Below, piece after piece: positions 8,624 to 16,473 of a stretch of DNA of 19,088 bases. Position 1 is the stretch's first letter. Each line of letters opens with the position of its first letter. Source of the DNA: Candidatus Micrarchaeota archaeon (GTDB taxonomy: Archaea; B1Sed10-29; JAJSAI01). Position numbers and translations under genes: made by a program. Under the pieces are notes generated by a model. The model was given only the letters and a program-made list of their open reading frames with translations. It ran no database searches and was not told the origin of the DNA. The DNA lies in assembly GCA_964625085.1 (NCBI GenBank), contig CAZVAJ010000008.1:19394-38481 (forward strand), written 5' to 3'.

Positions 8624-8839
8624 ATGCCAGAATATGAAGTGATAAAGGTTGAAGAGTACAAGTACGGGAACAATAAGTTCGTCGAAATAAGCAGGAAGAC
8701 AGTAGACGGACAACAGTTTGTTTTCATAAGTAGGGGTTTCTACAACCCTGCAGGAGAAAAGAGGTACAAGGGTGGAATGGGCTTCCCGGACGATCCTGAA
8801 CTGAAAAAGTTCATTGCGGATAACATAATGAGCATATGA
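8624..8839 (+). CDS. Small protein, probable PC4-like ssDNA-binding fold
   Basis: Strong SD AGGAGGT at 8611-8617. Beta-strand pattern FVEISRKTVDGQQFVFISRGFY..AGEKRYKGGMGFP followed by a C-terminal helix. The CDS is secure; the fold is inferred. Confidence 0.65.
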   Translation: MPEYEVIKVEEYKYGNNKFVEISRKTVDGQQFVFISRGFYNPAGEKRYKGGMGFPDDPELKKFIADNIMSI

Positions 8840-8843
8840 TTTT

Positions 8844-9620
8844 TCAAAGCTCGTAACTATCCAAAATCCTTTTTTCTTTTTCTCCTTTTATGACCACGCG
8901 GATCTGTATTTTGTCCTGCAGGCCTGATGCTTTTACCCTTGGCTTTAGAAGGTTGTCTATTTGGAATATTCCAGCTGAGTTCCCGAGGGTTATGGTTATC
9001 TTGATGGGTTTTTTAGTTCCTTCTTCTATTTTGACGTTTTCTACTGCAAGGGCTGATACTGAGTGGATGTCCTTTTTTCCCTTCTCGAAAGGAATTCTTG
9101 CCCTCCCTTTTTCCATGTCAAGTGCGTCAGCCACCAAGAAAACGCCCCCTTCTACGGTCAAGGGACTGGGGTTGGTGTCATGAAATAGCATTGCGTGCAT
9201 TACTTCTGACTTTATTATTGTTTTTTCTTTTTCAGGGTACACTTTTTCTAACAGTCTTTCAAGAAAAGGTGTTGTGATCATGAGGCCAAGAGAATCATGA
9301 TCTCTTCTTCCAGCAGCCATTCCCGTATCATGCAACACTGATGCTAAGAATACAATAACTTCAGCATCCTCTTCAGTCATGTTATAATCTTTCACAATGC
9401 TTGGGATGATCCCGTTTTTTAGGAGGATTCTGAGAATCCTTAAGCCTATGTTCGCGACTATTTTCACATGTACAGGTCCATGATCATTGTATCCTAACCG
9501 GTCTATTGACATCACGTTTGATGCTTCTAAAAGACCTAATAGTTCCTTATCCTTGTTAATCTGGTCAACTAGTTTAGCCAGTTTTTCATTCCCATTTACA
9601 GGGACGGTGATGCTGGTCAT
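8844..9620 (-). CDS. HD-superfamily metal-dependent phosphohydrolase (COG3294-like)
   Basis: YNDHGPVH, LHDTG, DH, FHD, ADALDMEKGRAR, DIHSVSA. ATG at 9620 gives an ATGA overlap with the nth stop; GTG 9629 is the alternative start. Confidence 0.88.
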   Translation of the reverse strand: MTSITVPVNGNEKLAKLVDQINKDKELLGLLEASNVMSIDRLGYNDHGPVHVKIVANIGLRILRILLKNGIIPSIVKDYNMTEEDAEVIVFLASVLHDTGMAAGRRDHDSLGLMITTPFLERLLEKVYPEKEKTIIKSEVMHAMLFHDTNPSPLTVEGGVFLVADALDMEKGRARIPFEKGKKDIHSVSALAVENVKIEEGTKKPIKITITLGNSAGIFQIDNLLKPRVKASGLQDKIQIRVVIKGEKEKRILDSYEL

Positions 9621-10282
9621 TCTTTCCACTCTCCTCTTTTATTATAATAATCACATATTCTTTTAATCTTGCACTGTTGGCACAATGGATTGCGTGTTTT
9701 GCACGTTTCTTTTCCGAAAAGCACCAGGCCCACATTGACTATCCATCTGTCCTTTTCTGGAGTCAGTTTCTCGAGGGTTTTGCGTGTTTCTTCATATCCT
9801 GCTTTTTTGTGAACAAGCCCAAGTCTTTTTGACACAACTTCAACATGCACGTCCACGGGTATAACTGGTTTTCCGAACGCATAACCTAGTGTAACGTCTG
9901 CTGTTTTTGGCCCGACTGCAGGAAGGGATATGAGCGAGCGCCTGTCAGACGGCACTTTGCTGGAGTATTCTTCAACAAGTTCTTTTGCCAGCATGATTAT
10001 CTTTTTTGATTTTTGTTTGTAGAATCCTACAGGGTAGATCAATTCTTGGACTTTTCTTGGGTTTGCGCTAGCCAGTTTTTCAGGTGAGGAGTATTCTGAG
10101 AATAGTTTGCGGCTTGCTTTCTCCGTGACCTCATCTCTTGTCCTCTGGGAAAGTACGCAGGAGACAAGGGTCTTGAAAGGGTCAAGATGGTTGCTCATGT
10201 AGTGCTCTCTTGCTTTTTCCAAATACTCCTTTTTAAGAAACCGCAACAGTACGCGCATTTTCTCTTTTCCCTGAACCATCAT
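9617..10282 (-). CDS. nth: Endonuclease III (bifunctional HhH-GPD glycosylase/AP lyase, 4Fe-4S)
   Basis: LVSCVLSQRTRD, GFYKQK, HhH LPAVGPKTA (catalytic Lys), PVDVHV (Asp), C-x6-C-x2-C-x5-C cluster. Confidence 0.96.
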   Translation of the reverse strand: MMVQGKEKMRVLLRFLKKEYLEKAREHYMSNHLDPFKTLVSCVLSQRTRDEVTEKASRKLFSEYSSPEKLASANPRKVQELIYPVGFYKQKSKKIIMLAKELVEEYSSKVPSDRRSLISLPAVGPKTADVTLGYAFGKPVIPVDVHVEVVSKRLGLVHKKAGYEETRKTLEKLTPEKDRWIVNVGLVLFGKETCKTRNPLCQQCKIKRICDYYNKRGEWKE

Positions 10283-10314
10283 TCTTTTTATGTGTCCTGA
10301 TTATTAAAAGAATC

Positions 10315-10779
10315 ATGGCAAGACGCAAGCTTAGGATAGCAAAGTGGGAAAAGGAGTATGAAAAAGCATGGTACCGAAGATTACATTCTCTCTTTTCTCA
10401 TGATCCGGAAAAACTTTCTCGAAAGTACGCGGAATTAGAGAAAAAACAGAAGGAGGCACTTGCCAAAGGAAAAAAAGAGAAAGCAAGAGAGTACGGCCGA
10501 AAGAAGATGAAGCTCAAGCTTGAGTCTAAGCAGGCCTACGATAAAATAATGCAAGAGACTGAGGAGATTAAGGCAAATGTTTTTCTTGGGATGATGGAGA
10601 TAAATAATGTGCTGAAGGACAAAGAACTGGATGAGATAACAGAACGTTTTATGGCTGCTGTTAGGGAACATGAGAAGGCGGGGTCAGAAGAATTTGACAG
10701 AAAGATAGATCAACTCTTGAGTGAATGGGGCCGCAAAGTTCAGGAGGTTATTGAACAAAAAGGTCGGAGCATAAAGTAG
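10315..10779 (+). CDS. Highly charged all-helical hypothetical protein
   Basis: 154 aa, K/E-rich, basic N-half and acidic C-half. Divergent from nth. 3' end overlaps the convergent gene by 32 nt. Confidence 0.75.
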   Translation: MARRKLRIAKWEKEYEKAWYRRLHSLFSHDPEKLSRKYAELEKKQKEALAKGKKEKAREYGRKKMKLKLESKQAYDKIMQETEEIKANVFLGMMEINNVLKDKELDEITERFMAAVREHEKAGSEEFDRKIDQLLSEWGRKVQEVIEQKGRSIK

Positions 10780-11350
10780 TCTTCCCATGCTCACCGCTTT
10801 CTTTTATCCACGCGAGCCAGCACAAGAACACAGGCTCCTTTTCCTCTGTTTTCTGGATGAGCTTGATATCCTCTTCTGCCTGTATCTTGTACTCTTTTTC
10901 TAGGAATCGTTTTACTATCTTGTCAGGCATCAATGTGTTTACTCCCCCCATCATCCGGAGGTACTGCCACGTGTTCAGCCCAACTCCTTTAATCCTGCCA
11001 ACAGGATCATCTTCCCATTCTTCCAGTCTTGTGCTCTTTGCCCAGTTCCTGATCCTTTCCCGGTCTGTTTTTCCATACCCGAGCAGGATCTTACTCACGC
11101 TTTTGGCAACATGCCAGCTTCTCTTGTTCTTCCACACGCTGTATATGGGTCTTGCGCGCGAAAGTTCTTCCAAATCAATACTGGGATCTCTTCCCACGAT
11201 TTTTTTCACTGCAGGCACTACTGTTCCGAAGTAGTTGAGGCCCACGCTGGTGAAAGCGGCGTCCAGGACCATCAGAGCAACGTTCCCTTCCCACCGCCGG
11301 GTTTCCAGGCATTCACGCGCCAGCGCACGAGCCTCCTGTTCTGGCGTCAT
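10748..11350 (-). CDS. Uncharacterised HhH-GPD superfamily protein (DNA glycosylase-like)
   Basis: VLDAAFTSVGLNY N-terminal block, HhH IKGVGLNTWQYLRM, downstream Asp in MPDKIV. No FeS cluster motif. Confidence 0.7.
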   Translation of the reverse strand: MTPEQEARALARECLETRRWEGNVALMVLDAAFTSVGLNYFGTVVPAVKKIVGRDPSIDLEELSRARPIYSVWKNKRSWHVAKSVSKILLGYGKTDRERIRNWAKSTRLEEWEDDPVGRIKGVGLNTWQYLRMMGGVNTLMPDKIVKRFLEKEYKIQAEEDIKLIQKTEEKEPVFLCWLAWIKESGEHGKTTLCSDLFVQ

Positions 11351-11398
11351 ATTCTATCACTTTGTAATGTTGCGATTTTTCGTTCTCAAGTAAAATAA

Positions 11399-11538
11399 CG
11401 AGCCCGGGGGGATTTGAACCCCCGACCACCAGGTCTCTCCATTCTTCCTATCCAAAAAGGGAAAGGGGTAATAGGGGAAAACCGTAGGTTGTCCCCATTC
11501 CGAAGCCTGGCGCTCTATCCAAGCTGAGCTACGGGCCC
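11399..11538 (-). tRNA. tRNA-Arg(TCG) with a 65-nt intron at canonical position 37/38; CCA not encoded
   Basis: Minus strand: acceptor GGGCCCG/CGGGCTC + G73, D-arm GCTC-AGCTTGGATA-GAGC (A20 Arg identity), anticodon stem CCAGG/CCTGG with loop CT-TCG-G|A, T-arm GGGGG-TTCAAAT-CCCCC. Spliced length 75 nt. Confidence 0.95.
11435..11499 (-). other. tRNA intron with bulge-helix-bulge splice motif
   Basis: C32-U33-U34-C35 pairs with intron GGAG. 3-nt bulges GG|A and AG|A. Short outer helix. Internal hairpin at 11474-11496. Confidence 0.88.
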
Positions 11539-11546
11539 TTGTTGTT

Positions 11547-12722
11547 TTATAGTTTTAGTTTCTTGTGTTCGGCAGCTGGTTCTTCTTTATACGCTCTTCC
11601 TTTTTGCAGTATTCCCTTTGTTTCTTCTTCTACTCTTTTTTTTATCTCAAATGTTTTTTCTTTTTGTTCTTCTGGGCTGATTTCCCGCGGTATTTTCGCA
11701 GGCCTTATCTTTTTCTCTTCTCTGTTTTTACGGAATAGTTTTCCGAACAGCCAGTAGAATGGTGATACAATCACTCCGTATATTGTTACTGCTGTGAACG
11801 CGATTAAGCCGTAAAGCAACGGAAGCATGCTGAGCAGAGTTTTGAAGAAGGGCACTTTCTCTGTTATCTTTCCAATCGTTTTTTGGATACTGCTATTCTC
11901 GTTTGTTATCTTGTCCTGTAGTGTTGCGTAGGTGCTGTTAACCATCATCTCTATCCTTTCAGGGTCTGATTGTGCGTTGTACTGTTCATCGATTGTTTTT
12001 TGGATGCTGTCCCATGCTGTGTTTGTTGCGTTTGTTATTATCTCAGTTTTCTTGGATTCCGACATCCTGTCCCACAGGTCTCCGTACGTTTCAGCATATT
12101 CTTCCTCAAATTTGGCCATGAGGTCGCTTTTTCCAGATATCCCTTGGCTTGACAACACCATTTTCTCTATTTCGTCTCTTGACATCTTTTGGTCTTCTAT
12201 CATGCTCCTGATGTCGTCTTTTGTTAGTATGTTTTGCATGCTATTTGTCATGTTTCCTGCGATTGTTCCTATTTGTTTTTTGAAACTTTCTTGGTACTGT
12301 TCTGGGTTTGCTTGTACGACTAATATTCCTGAAATCAGGGCGCCTGCTGCAAGAATGTAGATAAATGTGTTTTTGCTTGAGTGCAATGCGAATGCTATTA
12401 ATCCCAAGACTGTGAACAAGGCCATTATCCCTGCTTCTATCTTTTCAGGGATGGTTAGAAACATGAGTATGGATAGTGCGGATGCAACAATTCCGGTGTA
12501 CATCATTTTTTTCTCGAACTTGTCTCTCAGGCTTGCCAGCATCATGCCTGTTCCTGCTCCTGAAATTAACAGCAGTATAATCGTGCGAGGTTCTATGAGC
12601 AGCTTTAGTGTTTGAAGGTTCATGGCGTCTTCCACCGATACTCCTATGCTCATGAATGAGATGATGGCGATTATCCCGCCGGTTATTGCGACCGCGGTCC
12701 TTATCTCTTTTGTTATGTTCAT
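11547..12722 (-). CDS. Polytopic membrane protein (about 5 TM + large helical loop + C-terminal TM + charged tail), function unknown
   Basis: Five N-terminal hydrophobic segments, roughly 155-aa helical loop with sequons NMT, NAT, NST, NSS, a final hydrophobic segment. SD AGGTGA overlaps the map stop. Confidence 0.85.
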   Translation of the reverse strand: MNITKEIRTAVAITGGIIAIISFMSIGVSVEDAMNLQTLKLLIEPRTIILLLISGAGTGMMLASLRDKFEKKMMYTGIVASALSILMFLTIPEKIEAGIMALFTVLGLIAFALHSSKNTFIYILAAGALISGILVVQANPEQYQESFKKQIGTIAGNMTNSMQNILTKDDIRSMIEDQKMSRDEIEKMVLSSQGISGKSDLMAKFEEEYAETYGDLWDRMSESKKTEIITNATNTAWDSIQKTIDEQYNAQSDPERIEMMVNSTYATLQDKITNENSSIQKTIGKITEKVPFFKTLLSMLPLLYGLIAFTAVTIYGVIVSPFYWLFGKLFRKNREEKKIRPAKIPREISPEEQKEKTFEIKKRVEEETKGILQKGRAYKEEPAAEHKKLKL

Positions 12723-12728
12723 CGTTTT

Positions 12729-13619
12729 TCACCTTGTTGTTATTTTACAGGAGTCCTTTTCTATTATAATAGTATGTTCTTTTTGGGATACTAAGGATCC
12801 TTTGATGTCATGCAGGACAGGGTAAGGGCGTAGTGCCCCTGCCTGCACAAGTTCTTTCAGCCCCACTTTTATTTGGAACTCATTAAACCCTTTACTATAA
12901 AGCCATCTTTCTGCAAACGGCAACGTCTTGTACTCCTGCGCTATTACCTGAATTAGCTTTCTTGCATGCGTGTTCCTTACTGGCACTACTGCTTGAAGTT
13001 GGAATATTTCTGTGATGTTCCCTTCTGTGACAATACCTTTGCCTGTGCTTGCGAAGGGTTCTATGGCAACTGCCATTCCTTCCTCCAACTTTTCTGTTTT
13101 TTCCTGTTTTACGTTTGGAATGCTTACTCCTGAGTGTAATGAATATTGTCCGAGCGAATGGCCTGACAGGTTTTCCACTGGCCTGAATCCCTTGCTTATT
13201 ATGGTTTTTTCTATTTCTTCTCCTATTTTTCCTACTTCTACTCCTGCTTTTGCAATTGCAAGGGCGTTTTCAAGAGCCTGCTCGCCTGCTTCTATGAGGT
13301 CGGAGTGTTCTCCTGACACGTCCACTGTTATCGCAGTATCCCCTATGAACCCGTTGATGTGTGTTCCAACGTCTACCTTAACAACATCATTTTCTTTTAT
13401 GACCAAATCATCCGCGTGTTTTGGGGTGTAGTGTGCTGCGTTCTCGTTTATTGATATGTTTGCGGGGAACGCAATCCCTGCACCCTCTTCTTTTATCATT
13501 TGTTCTATTTTTTCTGCTATCTTTAGAACACTTTCCCCTGGTTTTACAAGTTTTCTTCCCGCATCTCTTGCTTTTGCAGCAATCTTTCCTGCTTTTATGT
13601 ACTCTTCTATTTCATCCAC
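12729..13619 (-). CDS. map: Methionine aminopeptidase, type II
   Basis: AFPANIS.NE.AAHYTP, KVDVGTHINGFIGDTA, NLSGHSL, AIEPF, type II insertion (TLPFAERWL), SQKEHT. Confidence 0.97.
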   Translation of the reverse strand: MDEIEEYIKAGKIAAKARDAGRKLVKPGESVLKIAEKIEQMIKEEGAGIAFPANISINENAAHYTPKHADDLVIKENDVVKVDVGTHINGFIGDTAITVDVSGEHSDLIEAGEQALENALAIAKAGVEVGKIGEEIEKTIISKGFRPVENLSGHSLGQYSLHSGVSIPNVKQEKTEKLEEGMAVAIEPFASTGKGIVTEGNITEIFQLQAVVPVRNTHARKLIQVIAQEYKTLPFAERWLYSKGFNEFQIKVGLKELVQAGALRPYPVLHDIKGSLVSQKEHTIIIEKDSCKITTR

Positions 13620-15949
13620 TTTCCTAACCCCGTTTGTTTTCCTTTTTTTAGCACCTCATCTTCTTCAATGCCAAGTTCGGAGAGTATTTTCATGCTCGCT
13701 GGCAGAATCTGGTGGTGTATGTAGTACTCTGTATCTGGTTTCCTGTTTCCTATTAACTGTAACGGCCAGGCCCTGTTGCTTATGCTTCCCCCTCCTTTTA
13801 CTATAATGTACTCTAGTACCATTCCCGGGCGTATTCTGTACCCTGCTTTTTTTAGTTTTTCGGCAGCTTTCACGTGAGGGCCTATCTGTTCGTAGTCCTG
13901 GATTCTTCTCGTTAGCTGCGTGTATATCACAAGGTCTTCAAGAGGGACGTTCCCTCTTTTGAGTTCTGTTATAATATTCTTGACGTGTTCTACTGCTTTT
14001 TCAGGGTCCCCGTGTTCTAGAACTTCTGCTATTACTTTTTCTTGGGTTTCTCTGGCTATTTTTGCCCAGTCCCTTCTCACGAGCTCGAATCCTTTTATTT
14101 CAACCGTGCTATCTTCGCGTATTAGCGCGTACTTTTTCTTGGCTGCTTCTTTTTCCCCTCTTTTTGTTACAAATAATCCTCTTGGATAATACCCTTGGTA
14201 TTCTAGTTCCATGTCTGCCGGAAGATTCTTGTTTACTTTTTGTATGAATCTCTTGGCGTCTTCAGGACTCTTGTCCCCGAGTTTTAGGAACAGGCTGTCA
14301 GTGTCCACGTACAGCACGTTGAATCCTTCTTCTTCTGCTTTTTTCATCGTTTCTTGTATATATTTTCTTCCAAGTGCTGTTACGCTTTCTGCACATTCCC
14401 TTGAGTAGAATCTTGCTCTTGGGTACCCCATGTACCCATAGCACGCGTTCGCGATTATCTTCAGACCCCATTGTTTGAAGTGGAGCATTTTATACTTGTC
14501 TGATCTCTTGTCTGTTTTCTCCATCTCCTTTTTTACTTTTTTCCGGGTGTAAACCAGATCACGTAGTACTGTTGGGATGAGGCCTGCTGGCTTTTTCCTG
14601 AACCTGTGCCCGAGCGGTGTTTTGTAGCAGTCTTCACATTCTTCTCCCTCTGGTACGAGTGAGTGGCTGTCTATGTTGAAGGACATTATTATGCTGGGGT
14701 ATAAGCTCCTGAAGTCGCATACGACTATTTTTTCGTGCAGTCCTTTTTCAGGGAGTTTTACGAACGCGCCTTTTATGGGGTTACGCATTCTTTTTATGAC
14801 TTCTTTTTCCTTTGGTATGCGTGGGATTATTTCGTTCCTTTTTACAGCTTCTCTGATTATCAGCCACTCTACCATCTGGCTGCTGGTCATCCATGTCACG
14901 TCGTATAATGGCAGTCCGAGTATCCTGCTTAATTCAATGTACAAGGGCAGGATTTCTTCTCCTAATCGGTACGCTGCTTCTGCGTCCTGTCGGTTGTACT
15001 CTTTTAGGAGTTCAAGTTCTTTTCCTCCTTTGTCCCAGTACTCGTGTATTCTGGCGCAGTCTATGTCCAGTTTTTCTTTTCCGAAGAACTCTTTGTAGAT
15101 GGATTCAAGATCGTTTTTAGGCAGTCTGAGTGCCCCGATTCCTGTGAGGAAAGAAACTCCTCTGTACGTGTCAAGGTGGATTCTGCCGTTTATCCTGCTT
15201 CGTTTTCCCAGCCCGCTTTTGCTTACTCCTGGTTCTGTGCCGTCCCGTCCTAGAAGGAGTTTTACTTTGAGTTTTCTTGCTCTCTTTTTCATGTAGGGTA
15301 TGTCAAAATCGTTTGAGTTATACCCTGTGAGCACGTCATAGTCCTTTTCCTGCACTAGTTTTACGAATTCTTCGAACATTTCAGTTTCTTTTGAATCTTT
15401 CCATGTTAGGACTTTTGAGCCGTCTTTGTCCGCGATCCCGATCATGAGCACAGGGTCTTTAAGGGGATCTGAGATCCCTTCAGGGTTGTACGTTTCTATG
15501 TCAAAGGCCAGTTGCTTCAATTTCAGGGGCTCTTGTTCTATTTTCTTGGCCTTCTTTAGCATTCCGTTTTGTATGCTAAAGTTGTAGTAGTTGGAAGCGT
15601 AAAGGTCATTGTCCACCAGGAATCGGTTTATGAACCGGATTCTTGCTTCAAACGTTTCTGCAATGTCCTTTATTTTTTCTCTTGCGTGTATTACTTCTCC
15701 GGGGTCTTTTGTGTAAACTTTCCACAGTTTGGTTTGCTTCCCGCGATTATTTTTTTCAGCAGGCTCTACTCTTGTTACTCCTGGGATGCTCTCAAGCTCT
15801 TTTTTTGATACTTTCTCTTTTTCTACGTAGAAGTAGGGATCATACTCAGCAGTCACCTTCTCTGTTTTGTTTCCTGTTTTTATCCACAGGCCTAGCTTAT
15901 TGCCTTCTTCATGTTCCACATCAAGTATGAACCCTTTTATTCCAGTCAC
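13607..15949 (-). CDS. polB: Family B DNA polymerase (archaeal PolB3 type) with 3'-5' exonuclease and C-terminal PIP box
   Basis: FDIET, GYNSNDFD, YNRQDA (Exo I-III); DFRSLYPSII, KIIANACYGY, YVDTDS, KKKYA, VRRDW; C-terminal QTGLGKW. No intein. Confidence 0.97.
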   Translation of the reverse strand: MTGIKGFILDVEHEEGNKLGLWIKTGNKTEKVTAEYDPYFYVEKEKVSKKELESIPGVTRVEPAEKNNRGKQTKLWKVYTKDPGEVIHAREKIKDIAETFEARIRFINRFLVDNDLYASNYYNFSIQNGMLKKAKKIEQEPLKLKQLAFDIETYNPEGISDPLKDPVLMIGIADKDGSKVLTWKDSKETEMFEEFVKLVQEKDYDVLTGYNSNDFDIPYMKKRARKLKVKLLLGRDGTEPGVSKSGLGKRSRINGRIHLDTYRGVSFLTGIGALRLPKNDLESIYKEFFGKEKLDIDCARIHEYWDKGGKELELLKEYNRQDAEAAYRLGEEILPLYIELSRILGLPLYDVTWMTSSQMVEWLIIREAVKRNEIIPRIPKEKEVIKRMRNPIKGAFVKLPEKGLHEKIVVCDFRSLYPSIIMSFNIDSHSLVPEGEECEDCYKTPLGHRFRKKPAGLIPTVLRDLVYTRKKVKKEMEKTDKRSDKYKMLHFKQWGLKIIANACYGYMGYPRARFYSRECAESVTALGRKYIQETMKKAEEEGFNVLYVDTDSLFLKLGDKSPEDAKRFIQKVNKNLPADMELEYQGYYPRGLFVTKRGEKEAAKKKYALIREDSTVEIKGFELVRRDWAKIARETQEKVIAEVLEHGDPEKAVEHVKNIITELKRGNVPLEDLVIYTQLTRRIQDYEQIGPHVKAAEKLKKAGYRIRPGMVLEYIIVKGGGSISNRAWPLQLIGNRKPDTEYYIHHQILPASMKILSELGIEEDEVLKKGKQTGLGKWMK

Positions 15950-15951
15950 CC

Positions 15952-15997
15952 AAAACGTTTATATGGTTTTAAATATTCTATTCGTTATAAATGTTTT
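15952..15997. promoter_or_regulatory. Divergent promoter region formed by an inverted pair of BRE-TATA elements
   Basis: AAAACGTTTATA (15952-15963) and TATAAATGTTTT (15986-15997) are 11/12 inverted repeats with a 22-nt spacer. Confidence 0.55.
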
Positions 15998-16008
15998 TAG
16001 GTGTAGTA

Positions 16009-16473
16009 ATGGCAAGACCTGAGATGGTTTCCTCAAGCGGGCTTCTGGCTGAGATACATGCGCTTGATTCTAAGATTCGTGTACTGGCCCAGAGGCTTTC
16101 AATAATCGAGAAGAACGAGCAAGTTATTGGCAAAACTCTAATCACTCATAACAAGATCCTTAAAGAACTTGAGGCTTCTGTGGCTAGAATGGAGTCTAAG
16201 CACGGGTTAGAGGAGTCAGAAGAGTTCAATAAGATTAAGGAGACTGTTGAAAAGGTTAGCAAGCAGGTCAGTGATCTGGCGGTTATCGTGCAGGAGAACA
16301 AGAAAGCAGATGATACTATCCGGAGGGACTTGAAGGAGCTCAAGTACGTTGTTGATATGATAAACCCTGTTGCGTATGTTACTGCAGATGACGTGGAGGA
16401 CATTGTTGAAGAGAAGATAAAAGAGTACTTGGGCGGGCGCAGGAAAAAAAGTTTTGAAAAGGATTTTCTCTAG
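16009..16473 (+). CDS. Coiled-coil hypothetical protein
   Basis: SD AGGTG at 15999-16003 favours ATG 16009 over 15991. Long heptad helices and C-terminal LKYVVDMINPVAYVT block. Confidence 0.8.
   Translation: MARPEMVSSSGLLAEIHALDSKIRVLAQRLSIIEKNEQVIGKTLITHNKILKELEASVARMESKHGLEESEEFNKIKETVEKVSKQVSDLAVIVQENKKADDTIRRDLKELKYVVDMINPVAYVTADDVEDIVEEKIKEYLGGRRKKSFEKDFL

Noticed and set aside
10315..11430. Integrated element at the tRNA-Arg 3' end
   Set aside because: No integrase and no duplicated tRNA 3' segment (att site) seen; flanking genes are housekeeping.
11435..11499. Intron-encoded C/D box guide RNA, as in tRNA-Trp introns
   Set aside because: No RUGAUGA or CUGA boxes on the transcribed strand.
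13607..15949. Inactivated PolB2, viral/casposon PolB, or intein-containing polymerase
   Set aside because: Exonuclease and polymerase catalytic motifs intact, normal length, PIP box present, core-gene context, no cas1 or terminal repeats.
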